From the NCBI GenBank assembly GCA_964016885.1, contig OZ024756.1:40052001-40116000 (forward strand): a stretch of 64,000 bases of DNA, read 5' to 3'. The notes beneath the pieces were generated by a model, which was not told the DNA's origin, ran no database searches, and saw only the letters and a list, made by a program, of their open reading frames with translations. The stretch is from Eledone cirrhosa. Taxonomy: Eukaryota. Made by a program: the position numbers and the translations under genes. Of the stretch, positions 1-12,864 are shown piece after piece. How positions within the stretch are numbered: the first letter of the stretch is position 1; every line of letters begins with the position of its first letter.

Positions 1-3000
1 AAACCAAAGACTCGCTTCCTGTATATCACACCTGAACAAGCTTCCACAGCATTTCTACAGCAACATCTCTATAGTCTGAACCATGCTAACCTCTTGAACT
101 ACTTCATTGTAGATGAGGCTCATTGTGTATCACAGTGGGGTCATGATTTTCGGCCAGATTACCTTAAACTTGGCCAGTTAAGGGCCAGTAAACTCCCCAA
201 TGTTCCCTGTATTGCGCTGACTGCTACTGCAACTGCACAGGTAACAAAGGATATTGCAAAATCTCTCGCCCTTCGCAAACCTTACGCATCTTTCAAAACT
301 AGTTGTTTCCGCCCAAATTTATTCTACGAAGTTAGAATGAAAGAAACTCTAGATGATCCATTCAAAGACATTCTAGATTATGTGTGTGAAAAACTTGGTG
401 AACCACCTGACAACAAAGACTGGAATGAGAATGGAGCTGGCATCATATATTGTCGTACAAGAGACACGTGTGATGAACTAGCTATCCGATTTCAAAAGTA
501 TGGAATACCTACTAAATCTTACCATGCTGGACTTCGAGGTAACTTTCTACTTTAAATCTTTCATTACTCACTTTCCACTATTTAAATATACTACCTTTCT
601 CTATTATACTATTTTTATACTTCTTAATTAATAAATTAATTTTTTTACACTACCTTCTATCATAGTTGGAATAATTTTTTGTTTCAGTTGAGGAGCCAGC
701 AACTTAACCTCACAATAGGCTGTAATTTGAGGAAGATTTGGCTGCTATTTTTAATGATTTTGCCAAGAGATAGGGATAATGTCCATGATTGCTGAACCTC
801 ACACATTGTTGAGATTATTTGGTGAATGTATTGTTAAAATATTTGTCAGTTGAAATGTTTGACATAGTTGCTCAGACTCAATGTTTCTGATCTGAATTTA
901 TATTTATATTTCAGAGGTTGATCGACTACAGATCCAGATTGACTGGATGGAAGGACGCATTCCTCTAATTACAGCTACCATCAGTTTTGGTATGGGTATT
1001 GATAAACATAATGTCCGTATTGTTGTTCACTGGACTCTACCAAAGACTATGTCTGGATATTACCAAGAGTCTGGTCGAGCTGGCCGAGATGGGGAGCCTT
1101 CCCATTGTTGCCTCTACTATTCTCGCCGTGACCGAGATGCAATATCTTTCCTCCTGAAGCAGGAAGCTAATAAGAAGAAATTCCAAAACCGAGAGAATTG
1201 TTTGAGAAAGTCAGCAGAGACAAATTTTGAGATAATGGTGAAGTACTGTGAACTACCTCGTTGTCGGCACCGTGTTATAGCAGAGTATTTTGGTGATGAG
1301 AAACCAAGCTGCCAGAAACATTGTGATTATTGCAAAAATCCCAGACATGCAGACAACCAAGTGCAGAACCTTCTTCAAGGAAGTTATGGTAGATGGTGCC
1401 GAACTGAATATGGAAGTACCAGAATGGCTGAGGAACCAACAGAACCAGACACAGAGCTTTATGGTGGAGGACGGCTTGGTCAGAAGCAGGATTTTAAATC
1501 TTATTGTGGGGACGAGAGTGGAGAGGATTCTGAAAATGAGGATGATAGAAACGTAAGTCAACGCAAGAATTTTATATTGACCGAATTAAAGAAACGTAAA
1601 ACAATTCCATTTAATGAAGAGGAGGAAGAAGATGATGCACCAGTAATTCCAGCCAACTGCCCACTCCGAGATCCTTCAAGTCAGAGAATTCCAAGGCTAA
1701 ACTTTCAAATCCGAATGTATTGTTTTGAGAAATTAAAATCTGCATTGACCAACAACTTTAATGAGTATTTTGCAGATATCCCTCGAAAATTAAGAGATGG
1801 GGAATTTCAAGTTCCAATTTGTTGTGCAGATCTGGAATATGAACTGTTCAAGGCCAGCAAATTTTCCAATATTTATAAAGCTGCTGTATTTAAAAAAGAA
1901 CTTGAAATAAAGAAACTTACTGAAGGTAAAAACCTTCATTCAAGTTTAAAACCTCTTTGGGCCCCAGATTCTAGTGGGATTAGCTCAGATGAAGAGAGCA
2001 AGAAACCAGTTAAAAACAAGAAAAAATCATCAAAAGAAACAGACCGTTTAGATAAACACAACAAACATCGTAGCAGCCCAGGAAAACAGAAAGAGAAAAA
2101 CATAAGAGTTTCTAAAGAAAAGGACTTTACACCATCTTTAATAGAAGAAAGTTCAGAGGAAGAGGAATTAGATTTATATAAGAAAGGAAGTGAAGAAGAT
2201 CAACAGATAGAAGAAGAAGAAGAAGAAGAGGAGGAAGAAGGAGAAATAATTGAATTGGAAGAGGAAAATAAAACAGAATCATATTTGGTACTTGATAATC
2301 CTGAATCAACTGGCCTTACTACAGATGAAGATGAAGAAGTTGAGCTGGCTCTTTTCACACCTCTTAATTCAGCTTCAAGCCCATCTCCAACACATTCTTC
2401 ACAATTGAAAAAGAGTTCTTCAAAGCATTCACAGAAAAAAGACAGTAAAAGTACAAAATCTTTGAACTCAACAGTAGATTCTAGTGATTATAATTCATTC
2501 CAAGATGCTTTAACTTCTTCTAAAAGTTATAAAACTTCCAAGAAATCAAGTAAACATAAACATTCTTCTTCACATTCTAAGAAATCAAAAGATTCTTGTT
2601 CTAAAAAGTCTTCTGAAACTAAATCTAGAATATTTAAGGATGAGAATAAAGAAAGGTCTGGTAAAACATCTAGTAGTAGGATCTCGAATAACTCTGTTGC
2701 AATATCTGATGTGGATGAAAATACTGAAGTTGTTCCGGTAAAGAAATCTATGTCATCAATTGGAAAACATGAGAAATCTTCTCACAGAAAGTCAGAAAAA
2801 CATGTAAAAGTTGAGAAGTCACCAACGAGAACTAAGCAATCGAAAAGACCAGAAGAGGATTTAAATAACACTGGTCTGACATCTGACGAAGATGATGTGA
2901 TTATAGAGAGTGTTTCATTTAGAAAAGAGGATGATTCTCATAGAAAGGTAGAAAAATCTACTAAACTTCCAAAGTTGCCACCAAAAGACAAGGAGGCTAA

Positions 3001-4126
3001 AAGAGTGGATAAAGATTTAAAGAGAACTGGTCTAACATCTGATAAAGATGAGGGACCTACCAAGACTATTCCGGTAAGCAGTTCGCCTGTATTACTGTTT
3101 AAAAAAGATTGTTTTGACAGACAGATAGAGGAATCTTCTGTGAATCCCCAGAAATCTCCATCAAAGACAAAGAAAGATAAGAAATTAGAAAGAAGTTCTG
3201 ACAGTGAGAAGAAAAACAAGCACAAGAAGCCATTGAACGAATATCTGGTGAAAGACTCTCATAATTCTCAAAGAGAGGAAAAGAAAATTGATGTGACAAA
3301 AAGAGAGCCAGTGACATCATCGTCGTCTTATAAAGTCAACAACAAACACAAAGTAAAAGAGAAAGATTCATCTGAACATAAACATAAACGACGTAAAACA
3401 GAAAGTAGTCATCCCGAGAATGAGGTGTCGCCCATTGAGTGGGCGTTACTGGAGAGTGAAGAATTAAAGGGAAAAGAGGCAGAAATAATTAAAAAACCAA
3501 AGGAGATTCATAAAAAAGTGATTATCGTTGACCAGCAAGGGATATCAAAAACTGGGGAAACTGATTCTAAACGTAAACATAGTCGATGGGATGAAACATC
3601 AAACAAAACTGAGAGTGTAAATGTTAAACAAAGAGACAATGGTCCGTTATTTCCAGATTCTACAACAACAGAAAATGCAGCTGTTGAGAGAACTACTTCT
3701 TCAATAGCTGACAACTCATGGATGGACATAGTAAGAGGTGGTGGATCAAAATATGGTGGAAACATAAGCAAGACAGATTTAAGTCATAAGATAGACTTGA
3801 AAGAGAAGGAGCACAGTGCCAAAGTGCAGAAGGATTTGTCTTATAGCTCTAGCAATAATACGGGAAATACTGTCCCCAACAGCCATGAGATGAAAAAAGC
3901 TGCCAACCTTATTGTCCATTATTTAAACCCTTACTATAAAAATGGCAAATTTGCCTCTCGAGAACTTTTCAAAATGGTCGCCAAATCACTGACTCAGCGA
4001 TTTGTAAAGCAATCCAGTAGCAGTGCAGAAAATGCCAGAGAAATAGCCAAAAAACTGACCACCCACTACTTCAGAAGACATTCAATGATTTCATCTGTTG
4101 ATGATGTATCTGATACTGAGACGTGA
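1..4126 (+). CDS. RECQL5: RecQ helicase 5 (5'-truncated). Exons <1..538 and 915..4126
   Basis: [42 protein letters not shown] and [12 protein letters not shown] motifs. Zn-binding CRHR..C..CDYC, KIX/IRI-like segment ([33 protein letters not shown]) and C-terminal SRI-like domain ([25 protein letters not shown]) point to RECQL5. GT-AG intron 539..914 in phase 1 restores the frame ([17 protein letters not shown]). Confidence 0.95.
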
Positions 4127-4131
4127 ACCAG

Positions 4132-4134
<3 letters not shown>

Positions 4135-4212
<78 letters not shown>
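4135..4212. repeat. (TA)n microsatellite just after the RECQL5 stop
   Basis: Direct reading. Confidence 0.95.
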
Positions 4213-4213
<1 letters not shown>

Positions 4214-4420
4214 TGTTTTGTTTCTTCTGAAATCTTAACAAAAGACCTCCTCTTCCACCCTCCCATCTACTCTTTCCCTCTCAACAGTGCCTCTCATTCA
4301 ACATCTTTTTATTTTACTCTCGGCAACATACCTAAAGCTACCCCTATCTTACTATACCTAAACATAACCCTATTGTTCTCATATCCAGGCTGGTTGCTTC
4401 ACCTTTAATTACTGGTATCT

Positions 4421-4461
<41 letters not shown>

Positions 4462-5385
4462 GTCCACCTGGTTAATTATCATAATCATCTCTCTGTTGTT
4501 CTCGCTCTCATTACCAGCACTCTACCTCTTATCTACCGTGCAATCACTTCTTCCTGTTGACTGTGTCGTTTTCTTCATTCCAAGAACCTCTGACCTTCTG
4601 GAGCCTTCTCTCCTTCTTTCCACCCCTTCCTACAGTGTATTTGTCTTCCTGTAATTTCCAGATCCCTCCTTATCAATCACCACCCACCCACACTGTAGTG
4701 TATCCAGTCTTTAACATCTCCAAATCCCTCCTTATCAATTACCAAACACACACCCAAACTGCGACAGCCATTATCTTACTATGGGCAAACCATGTCCTTT
4801 CCTTTCCCGACATAACAATTGTTAATGCTGATGTTGTTATGGCAGAATTGGTGGAATGCTCAGAATTAAATGTCTTGCAGTATTTAATTTTGTCCCTCCT
4901 ATGAACCAAGTTCAAATCTTGCCAATGTCAACTTTGCATTTGAACCCCTGAGGTTCAATTAAAAGAATAAAGTTTTAAAATATATTTAAATATTGGAGCC
5001 ATTCATGTGATGTTGTTTCACTTAACTGTTACATCTCACCAATATACAACAAATGTCAGAGATGCTGACTGTGATGGCGGTGGTACAGTTGATATAATGC
5101 CAGGCTGTCCTTGTCACAGCACATCCTTCTTCCGACTCAATAAAATAAGTATGAATCAATTTGTCACCTTGTCCCACATTTGTTTCACTTTAGAGAGCAG
5201 CAGTCTTGTGTTATTTAGTTATATCCCTTGTCATTTCAAGTTTAAAACCAGCCAAGGTCAACTTTATAGGGAGAATAAGATTGACTTCATATATACCTAT
5301 CTCCATTTCCAGGCCAGGCACCAAACGTTGCCCCTCAATTCAAATTATTCATCATATATTTTAGTAATCACTGCTAAACACAGGA

Positions 5386-5905
5386 TTTATATATGGGTTA
5401 AGGATATATACACATTAAATCTAGTGTATATATATATATATATATGGGTTAACGATATATACACATTAAATCTAGTGTATATCATCATCATCGTTTAACA
5501 TCCATCTTCCATGCTTGCATGGGTTTGGACGGGAGTTTTCCCACTTGAGGCAAGATTGGTTGTCCTGCTCGTATAGGACTGTCTGGCGGGTTTTCTACGG
5601 CTGGATGCCCTTCCTAACACCAACCGTGTTTACAGTGTGGACTGGGAGGTTTTTACCGTGTTACCTACACGGCCACATTACAGCGTGGACTGTGTGTTTT
5701 TTTATCATGACACCTACACGTCTGGCGGGTTTTCTACGGCTGGGTGCCCTTCCCAACACCAACCACGTTTACAGTGTGTACTGGGAGGTTTTTAGCGTGT
5801 TACCTACACGGCCACATTACAGCGTGGACTGTTTTTTTTTTGTTGTGACACCTACACGATCTCATTTGTTTCAGACTGGATGTTGTGGTACCAACATAAC
5901 TTCAC

Positions 5906-5949
<44 letters not shown>

Positions 5950-7451
5950 GTTAACGATATATACACATTAAATCTAGTGTATATATATATGGGTTAAGGA
6001 TATATACACATTAAATCTAGTGTATATATATATATATATGGGTTAACGATATATACACATTAAATCTAGTATATATATATATGAATTAAGGATATATACA
6101 CATTAAATCTAGTGTATATATATATATGGGTTAAGGATATATACACATTAAATCTAGTGTATATATATATATATATGGGTTAACGATATATACACATTAA
6201 ATCTAGTATATATATATATGAATTAAGGATATATACACATTAAATCTAGTGTATATATATATATATATGGGTTAAGGATATATACACATTAAATCTAGTG
6301 TATATATATATATATGAGTTAAGGATATATACACATTAAATCTAGTGTATATATATATATATAGGTTAAGGATATATACACATTAAATCTAGTGTATATA
6401 TATATATATATAGGTTAAGGATATATACACATTAAATCTAGTGTATATATATATATATATAGGTTAAGGATATATACACATTAAATCTAGTGTATATATA
6501 TATATATATAGGTTAAGGATATATACACATTAAATCTAGTGTATATATATATATATATGGGTTAACGATATATACACATTAAATCTAGTATATATATATA
6601 TGAATTAAGGATATATACACATTAAATCTAGTGTATATATATATATATATGAATTAAGGATATATACACATTAAATCTAGTGTATATATATATATATATG
6701 GGTTAAGGATATATACACATTAAATCTAGTGTATATATATATATATATGGGTTAACGATATATACACATTAAATCTAGTATATATATATATGAATTAAGG
6801 ATATATACACATTAAATCTAGTGTATATATATATATATATGGGTTAAGGATATATACACATTAAATCTAGTGTATATATATATATATGAGTTAAGGATAT
6901 ATACACATTAAATCTAGTGTATATATATATATATAGGTTAAGGATATATACACATTAAATCTAGTGTATATATATATATATATATAGGTTAAGGATATAT
7001 ACACATTAAATCTAGTGTATATATATATATATATAGGTTAAGGATATATACACATTAAATCTAGTGTATATATATATATATATAGGTTAAGGATATATAC
7101 ACATTAAATCTAGTGTATATATATATATATATATATAGGTTAAGGATATATACACATTAAATCTAGTGTATATATATATATAGGTTAAGGATATATACAC
7201 ATTAAATCTAGTGTATATATATATATATATATAGGTTAAGGATATATACACATTAAATATAGTGTATATATATATATATAGGTTAAGGATATATACACAT
7301 TAAATCTAGTGTGTATATATATATATAGGTTAAGGATATATACACATTAAATCTAGTATATATATATATATATATGGGTTAACGATATATACACATTAAA
7401 TATAGTGTATATATATATATATAGGTTAAGGATATATACACATTAAATCTA

Positions 7452-7489
<38 letters not shown>

Positions 7490-7604
7490 GTTAAGGATAT
7501 ATACACATTAAATCTAGTGTATATATATATATATGGGTTAAGGATATATACATTAAATCTAGTGTATATATATATGGGTTAAGGATATATACACATTAAA
7601 TCTA

Positions 7605-7636
<32 letters not shown>

Positions 7637-7997
7637 GGGTTAAGGATATATACACATTAAATCTAGTGTATATATATATATATATGGGTTAAGGATATTT
7701 ACACATTAAATCTAGTGTATATATATATATATGGGTTAAGGATATATACATTAAATCTAGTGTATATATATATATATATATATGGGTTAAGGATATTTAC
7801 ACATTAAATCTAGTGTATATATATATGGGTTAAGGATATATACACATTAAATCTAGTATATATATATATGGGTTAAGGATATATACATTAAATCTAGTGT
7901 ATATATATATGGGTTAAGGATATATACACATTAAATCTAGTGTGTGTATATATATATATATATATATATGGGTTAAGGATATATACACATTAAATCT
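5386..7997. repeat. Minisatellite of ~45 copies, unit GGGTTAAGGATATATACACATTAAATCTAGTG + variable (TA)n
   Basis: Direct reading. The array is interrupted at ~5482..5908 by a dispersed repeat. Confidence 0.95.
5482..5908 (-). mobile_element. SINE-like dispersed repeat with RTE-type (GAT)n tail, inserted in the minisatellite
   Basis: Core CTACGGCTGGATGCCCTTCCTAACACCAACC is shared with copies at ~25771..26090, ~35290..35470, ~35540..35755 and ~48135..48305. Confidence 0.7.
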
Positions 7998-8059
7998 TGA
8001 CTTAGCAGACTTATGATGGAAGGCATTCCATCTGCTATCATGTTTCATTTTAAAAATAT

Positions 8060-8373
8060 CTACATTTAGCATTTAAATTGAATTCTCTCACCTCTTAGTT
8101 CAAACTGGCTGTATCTAGCCACAATTTTCTCACCTCTTTCTGTTAAACTGGAATTCTCTCACCTCTTTGTTTAAACCAATTGTATCCAGCCAAAATTCCC
8201 TCACGTCTTTTTGTTCAAACCAGTTAGTTGCTCATACTTATATTAAGGTATTGTTCTCAAAATAAATATCAAAATCTCATAGATTCAATATTATAAGAGA
8301 TAATTATGTGAGGTAAAGCCTTTACTGCGAAAATATAATAGTAAATAGGGTAATGTAAATGCTAAAGGGGTAA
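8060..8373 (+). mobile_element. piggyBac-like MITE, degenerate copy of the family at 19089
   Basis: TTTAGCATTTAAA...TAAATGCTAAAGGG ends and the same internal sequence as 19089..19306. Confidence 0.65.
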
Positions 8374-9142
8374 TGTTTATTGTTTAATATGTTCATGGGG
8401 CAATAAATTAACAGAATCATTAGTAATATTTGTTCTAGTTCTTTACATTCTGAGTTCAAATCCTACCAAGGTCAATAAAATAAAGTACCAGTCATGTACT
8501 GGTGTTGATTTAGTTGACTAACCCCCCCCCCCCTTCTCTGCTTCAAATTTGTGGTCCTGCGTTTATGTTAGAAATTACTATCCTTTTTTCTTTAAAGATA
8601 ATGGGGGTAATATGAGTGAGATTTAGCTATTTCTATGGCATCTGTGGTCTTTGCGTCCTACCGGAGACAAAGAAAATTAATTAGGGTTTCTGAAATAATT
8701 GAGTTTGTTGACAGAATTACTCTATCAAATGATTTAACACCACCATCTGGCTCTTATGTGCCCTTAGCGGGCTGAGTCAACTGTGTATCTTGATAAGCCC
8801 CTTCCTGCTGTAACCCAGAAGTCCCTTTTTCTCCCACAAGTTTTTGAGGTCCTAGAAAAGGGCCATGGATAAGGCCTTTCATCTCTTAAGTAAGCTATAA
8901 AAAAATTAATACCTTGTAGTATTAATTTATGTCCCTAAATATTCTGAATTGAAATTTCTACAAAATTAATTTTGCAGGAGTTGTTCAGCTCAGGAAGTTG
9001 AGTTAGAATAAAACAAAATAACAATAACCATGGAAGTCAAATCATATATTTATTGGAATCACAAAACGGAGAACATTTTATAAATTTTACTGAATATCAG
9101 TACAGTTTAAATCAAATTAATCCCAACTGAATATAAGACAAG

Positions 9143-9187
<45 letters not shown>

Positions 9188-9351
9188 AAGGTAAAGACCC
9201 CTTCGGTCACGAATGACCATGGAGTTTGCGCCTGAGTAAACTGGGGCAACATGAAATAAAGTCTTGCTCAAGGACACAACGCATCACCCGGTCCGAGAAT
9301 CGAACTCACAACCTCATAATTGCAAGCTCTAACCATTAAGCCATGCGCCTT

Positions 9352-9385
<34 letters not shown>

Positions 9386-10216
9386 TGTGAAAGGGTCATA
9401 CTGTGAAGTGATATACATGACAAGGACATTATGTAATATATTGGTAGTGTATAGAGAAGAAAGTTTACACCGACATAAAATATCATACACACAAGTATGA
9501 GGTAGTAATTGATGGATAATAACGAAGTGATGGTAATGGTGATGACATTTAATACAATTGGCCAAACATCCCCACCCTAATGAAAAGGACCCAGGTGGTT
9601 AATGGACAGATATGGCCAGGGTTCGTTAAATGGACAAGGAGATGAAAGCAGACGAAGAAAATGAAACAAAATATAATTTAATAATAACAAATTAAACAAA
9701 TAAATAAATAAATCACAAAAATATTTAACAGTTATAGGTGAAGGGCAGCAGGTCAAATTATTGTACAGTGCTAAGGTACACTACAACTCATCAAATGTAT
9801 AGAACATAGAATAATGTACAAATGTTTAGTTCTGATTGAATAGAACTATAATAGAGATACATCAGATCTGTTTATGGGTATGTAGGACTACATTATCCAA
9901 TATGTCACTTCCTCGATGTAAAACAAAGTGTGTGTTTTGATAGAGATTTCTGTTACTATTCTTGACATGTCGAACGACCATGCAAAGGTTATCTCATCTG
10001 CTTGTTGTTAGTAATGGCTGTTTGATGCTGATATTCAATCCCAGATAAATATTTTTTTTCTATAGGTATCAAAGTCTACATTATCTAACACATCCTCTCT
10101 TTTTAAAGACAATAAGAGAGTAATTTAAGGACGAAGGTTGCGCAACTACCTTTAATGCTGGTTCGGTTTTGCTGTAGGATTTTTTTTTTCTTTTGAAGTA
10201 TTATTAGCTGCGCAGT

Positions 10217-10222
10217 TTTATT
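10217..10222 (-). terminator. Candidate polyadenylation signal of ISCA2
   Basis: AATAAA on the minus strand about 45 nt after the stop codon. Confidence 0.45.
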
Positions 10223-10266
10223 GGTGTTTTATAAAAAATATTACTTTTGATAGTAGTGTCCTAATA

Positions 10267-10737
10267 TTATAGATCCTTGAGGGAGAAAGAAACTCCACAC
10301 GAACAACTTAGGTCTGCCTGTGGGTTCTTAATAATGGTAAACGAGCTACGAATTAATTCTTCTACGTAGTCTATGGTGGATCCTCTCACAAACGTTAGAG
10401 AATCGTTGTCGATTATTACCTTCACGCCATCTTTCTCAAATACTTTATCATCGTCTTCAATGTTTCCAACAAGATCGAATTTCGTCTGGAATCCCGAACA
10501 ACCGCCGCCTTCAACTGACACACGGAGGAAAGAATCTTCACCAATTGTTTTAAGTCTGTTAACACAGGAATCAGTTATGATGATTGCATTTTCGTTATCG
10601 TTCGATTTATTTGGTGTAAGAGAGGCATTAGATGCTGACGATTGAGCAAATTGTGAAGAAGACCTTAAAATGAGCGATGTTTGGTCAACTAAAGGTTTTA
10701 CAATTAATCGACTGGCAGATTTTAGAAACACAGCCAT
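10267..10737 (-). CDS. ISCA2: Mitochondrial iron-sulfur cluster assembly protein ISCA2, intronless CDS, 156 aa
   Basis: Arg/Ser-rich N-terminal presequence, [38 protein letters not shown] and C-terminal CSCGVSF. The [14 protein letters not shown] pattern is typical of ISCA2 rather than ISCA1. Confidence 0.93.
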   Translation of the reverse strand: MAVFLKSASRLIVKPLVDQTSLILRSSSQFAQSSASNASLTPNKSNDNENAIIITDSCVNRLKTIGEDSFLRVSVEGGGCSGFQTKFDLVGNIEDDDKVFEKDGVKVIIDNDSLTFVRGSTIDYVEELIRSSFTIIKNPQADLSCSCGVSFSLKDL

Positions 10738-11304
10738 GTTGAGTTGTTTAGGTTAACTTTATTGAATTTACAACGCAAAAGATCAGCAAGGGAGTTAATT
10801 CACAAATCTGTTATGCTAAAAAAAAGAAAGAAAAAATTACTTTATTCTATAAATAATTTAAGCTATTTATCACAGTAACATTCTTCATGTTTTATTTCCG
10901 TTAGCTCGTTATACATTAATTCAATGATGGTACACATACCTGTGGAATAAGCAGCCACTTACACACTAAGTCAATGGTAGATACACGTGTCTGTGCAACA
11001 CTCAGCTCGTTACAACCGAATACACATGCATCGTCAAAACCGACAGAGGTCCATTCACTTTACATGAAGTTGCTTATACTGAAAGAATGATCCAGAACAG
11101 TGATATAAATAAGGTTGAAGTTTTAAAAAAAGGCATATATTTTAAAAGTAAGTTAAAGGACGGTAAAGAGATCTGGTTTAAAATAAATAAGTTTCCTCCC
11201 AAATTAAGTTTGTAAGGTGTAAACATATATTAAATAATTATTTACGGGGAGATAACTCACAAAACCGGTGCATGTAACCTTTCAAGGACTTAAGTGAATT
11301 AAAC
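10738..11304. promoter_or_regulatory. Putative bidirectional promoter between ISCA2 and SLIRP
   Basis: Divergent ATGs are 567 bp apart. A 17-bp motif occurs twice (10790..10806 and 11247..11263). Confidence 0.65.
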
Positions 11305-11598
11305 ATGTCGAGCGCTAGACACTTTCGTTTATTTGTAGGCAATTTGCCTTGGACTGTCGGCAAGCAACAACTGAAAGACTATTTCTCCAAGTTTGGTAAT
11401 GTTCGCAATAGCAATGTTTTATTTAACCGAAAAACTGGCATGAGTCGTGGTTTTGGTTTTATTCACTTTGTCTCTAAGGATGGTTATAATGCTGCCATCT
11501 CACAGGAATCTCATTTGCTGGATAATTCCAACTTAATTGTGGCTAGTGAAACTACACGGAGGTTTAAACAGTTGGAAATGGAACCACAAGCTGACTAG
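11305..11598 (+). CDS. SLIRP: SLIRP-like single-RRM mitochondrial RNA-binding protein, intronless CDS, 97 aa
   Basis: RNP2 LFVGNLPWTV and RNP1 RGFGFIHF in a ~100-aa RRM-only protein. The PWT after RNP2 is characteristic of the SLIRP family. Confidence 0.78.
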   Translation: MSSARHFRLFVGNLPWTVGKQQLKDYFSKFGNVRNSNVLFNRKTGMSRGFGFIHFVSKDGYNAAISQESHLLDNSNLIVASETTRRFKQLEMEPQAD

Positions 11599-12864
11599 AG
11601 TTAAAGAGAAGCTCCCCCTTAAATTAACAGTTTAAACATTTTTCATTATAAAAAAAAGAGTGACATTTCTTTATAGTAAAAAGTCAAAAGGTGAGTGTCG
11701 TGTTTAAAAAGATATCAAGTTTTAAACAGAATCTTCCCATCCCTTCACTACACTCTAACATAATTAACTGTATTTTAGCTTTTTACTATATTGATGTAAT
11801 CCACCGCTATGTTGCTCGGATTCTGGTGATAAAAATATATAACATCCATATCCACGTGTTTACCACTTCCGAAAATGGATTATATTTCACGGAAAATCAT
11901 TTCTGACGAGAAAAACTTTATGCTGGATTGTAAAATAGTTTCTTATAATATATTAAGTACTATAAATGTCTCGTAGAGATTGTTCTACAACATCTATTTT
12001 TTTGTGTTTGATTTTTATTATTTCATTATTAATTGTTCTGTTTGTATAATATATCTGTTCCATACTTGCTAATAATATCAAGTGTAATGGTGTTGACGGG
12101 TGGGGTTAAGCAGGAAACCAGTAGTTTACGACACTTTCGAAGGTAGTATTCATTCAAAACATCAAAAATCACAAGAAAAACATAAAATTCTAACCAAAAC
12201 TCAACTATTGGCAGAGTCGTTAGAATGTCGGATAGACTGTTTTGTGGTATTTGTTCTCTGTTCGAATCACGCCGAAGTCAACTGACTTTCATCCTAATAG
12301 ATCGATAAAAAAAAGGTACTAATCTAGTACTTGAGTTGATTCCTCCTATATGTCTCTTTCTCTTCCCTCTGGAAGAAATCTGCGGTATTCAGACCTGGAA
12401 AGCAGATTGGCTCCGCCAGGGTTTTTTTAATGCCCTAGAAACGCCGTATGTCATCAATACGACTCCCTCAGAATTTATGGGACCATGCCGTGCCACACCC
12501 ATATTGAAGACGAGTATAAATAGTCAGAGAAATTACTTGGTTTCCTCCACTTCATCATTAAATCATATGTGAGTGTGTGTGATGTTATATTTTATGTCGA
12601 TGTAAACTTTCTTCTCCATACACTACCAAGTGTAGCAGAATCTTTAAAGATTCGGACAAAATGCCGACTTTTTCGGTTCTAAGTTCAAATCTCGTTGAGG
12701 TCTACTTAGCCATTCATTCTTTCGGATGAAGGGGTAAAGTTTAATCTAGGGAGTGAAGTTTATCAGCCATAATTATAGAATGATATCAAATACATATGAG
12801 AATGTATTTCACATTATCGAAATAGGAAGATTAAATATAAATGAAGAGGATATATTTCCATTAT

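Noticed and set aside
1253-3771. Antisense and alternative-frame ORFs over RECQL5
   Set aside because: Shadow ORFs of a biased coding exon with no recognisable domains.
5386-7997. Repeat-spacer pattern resembling a CRISPR array
   Set aside because: The spacers are only (TA)n of variable length, there are no cas genes, and the context is eukaryotic.
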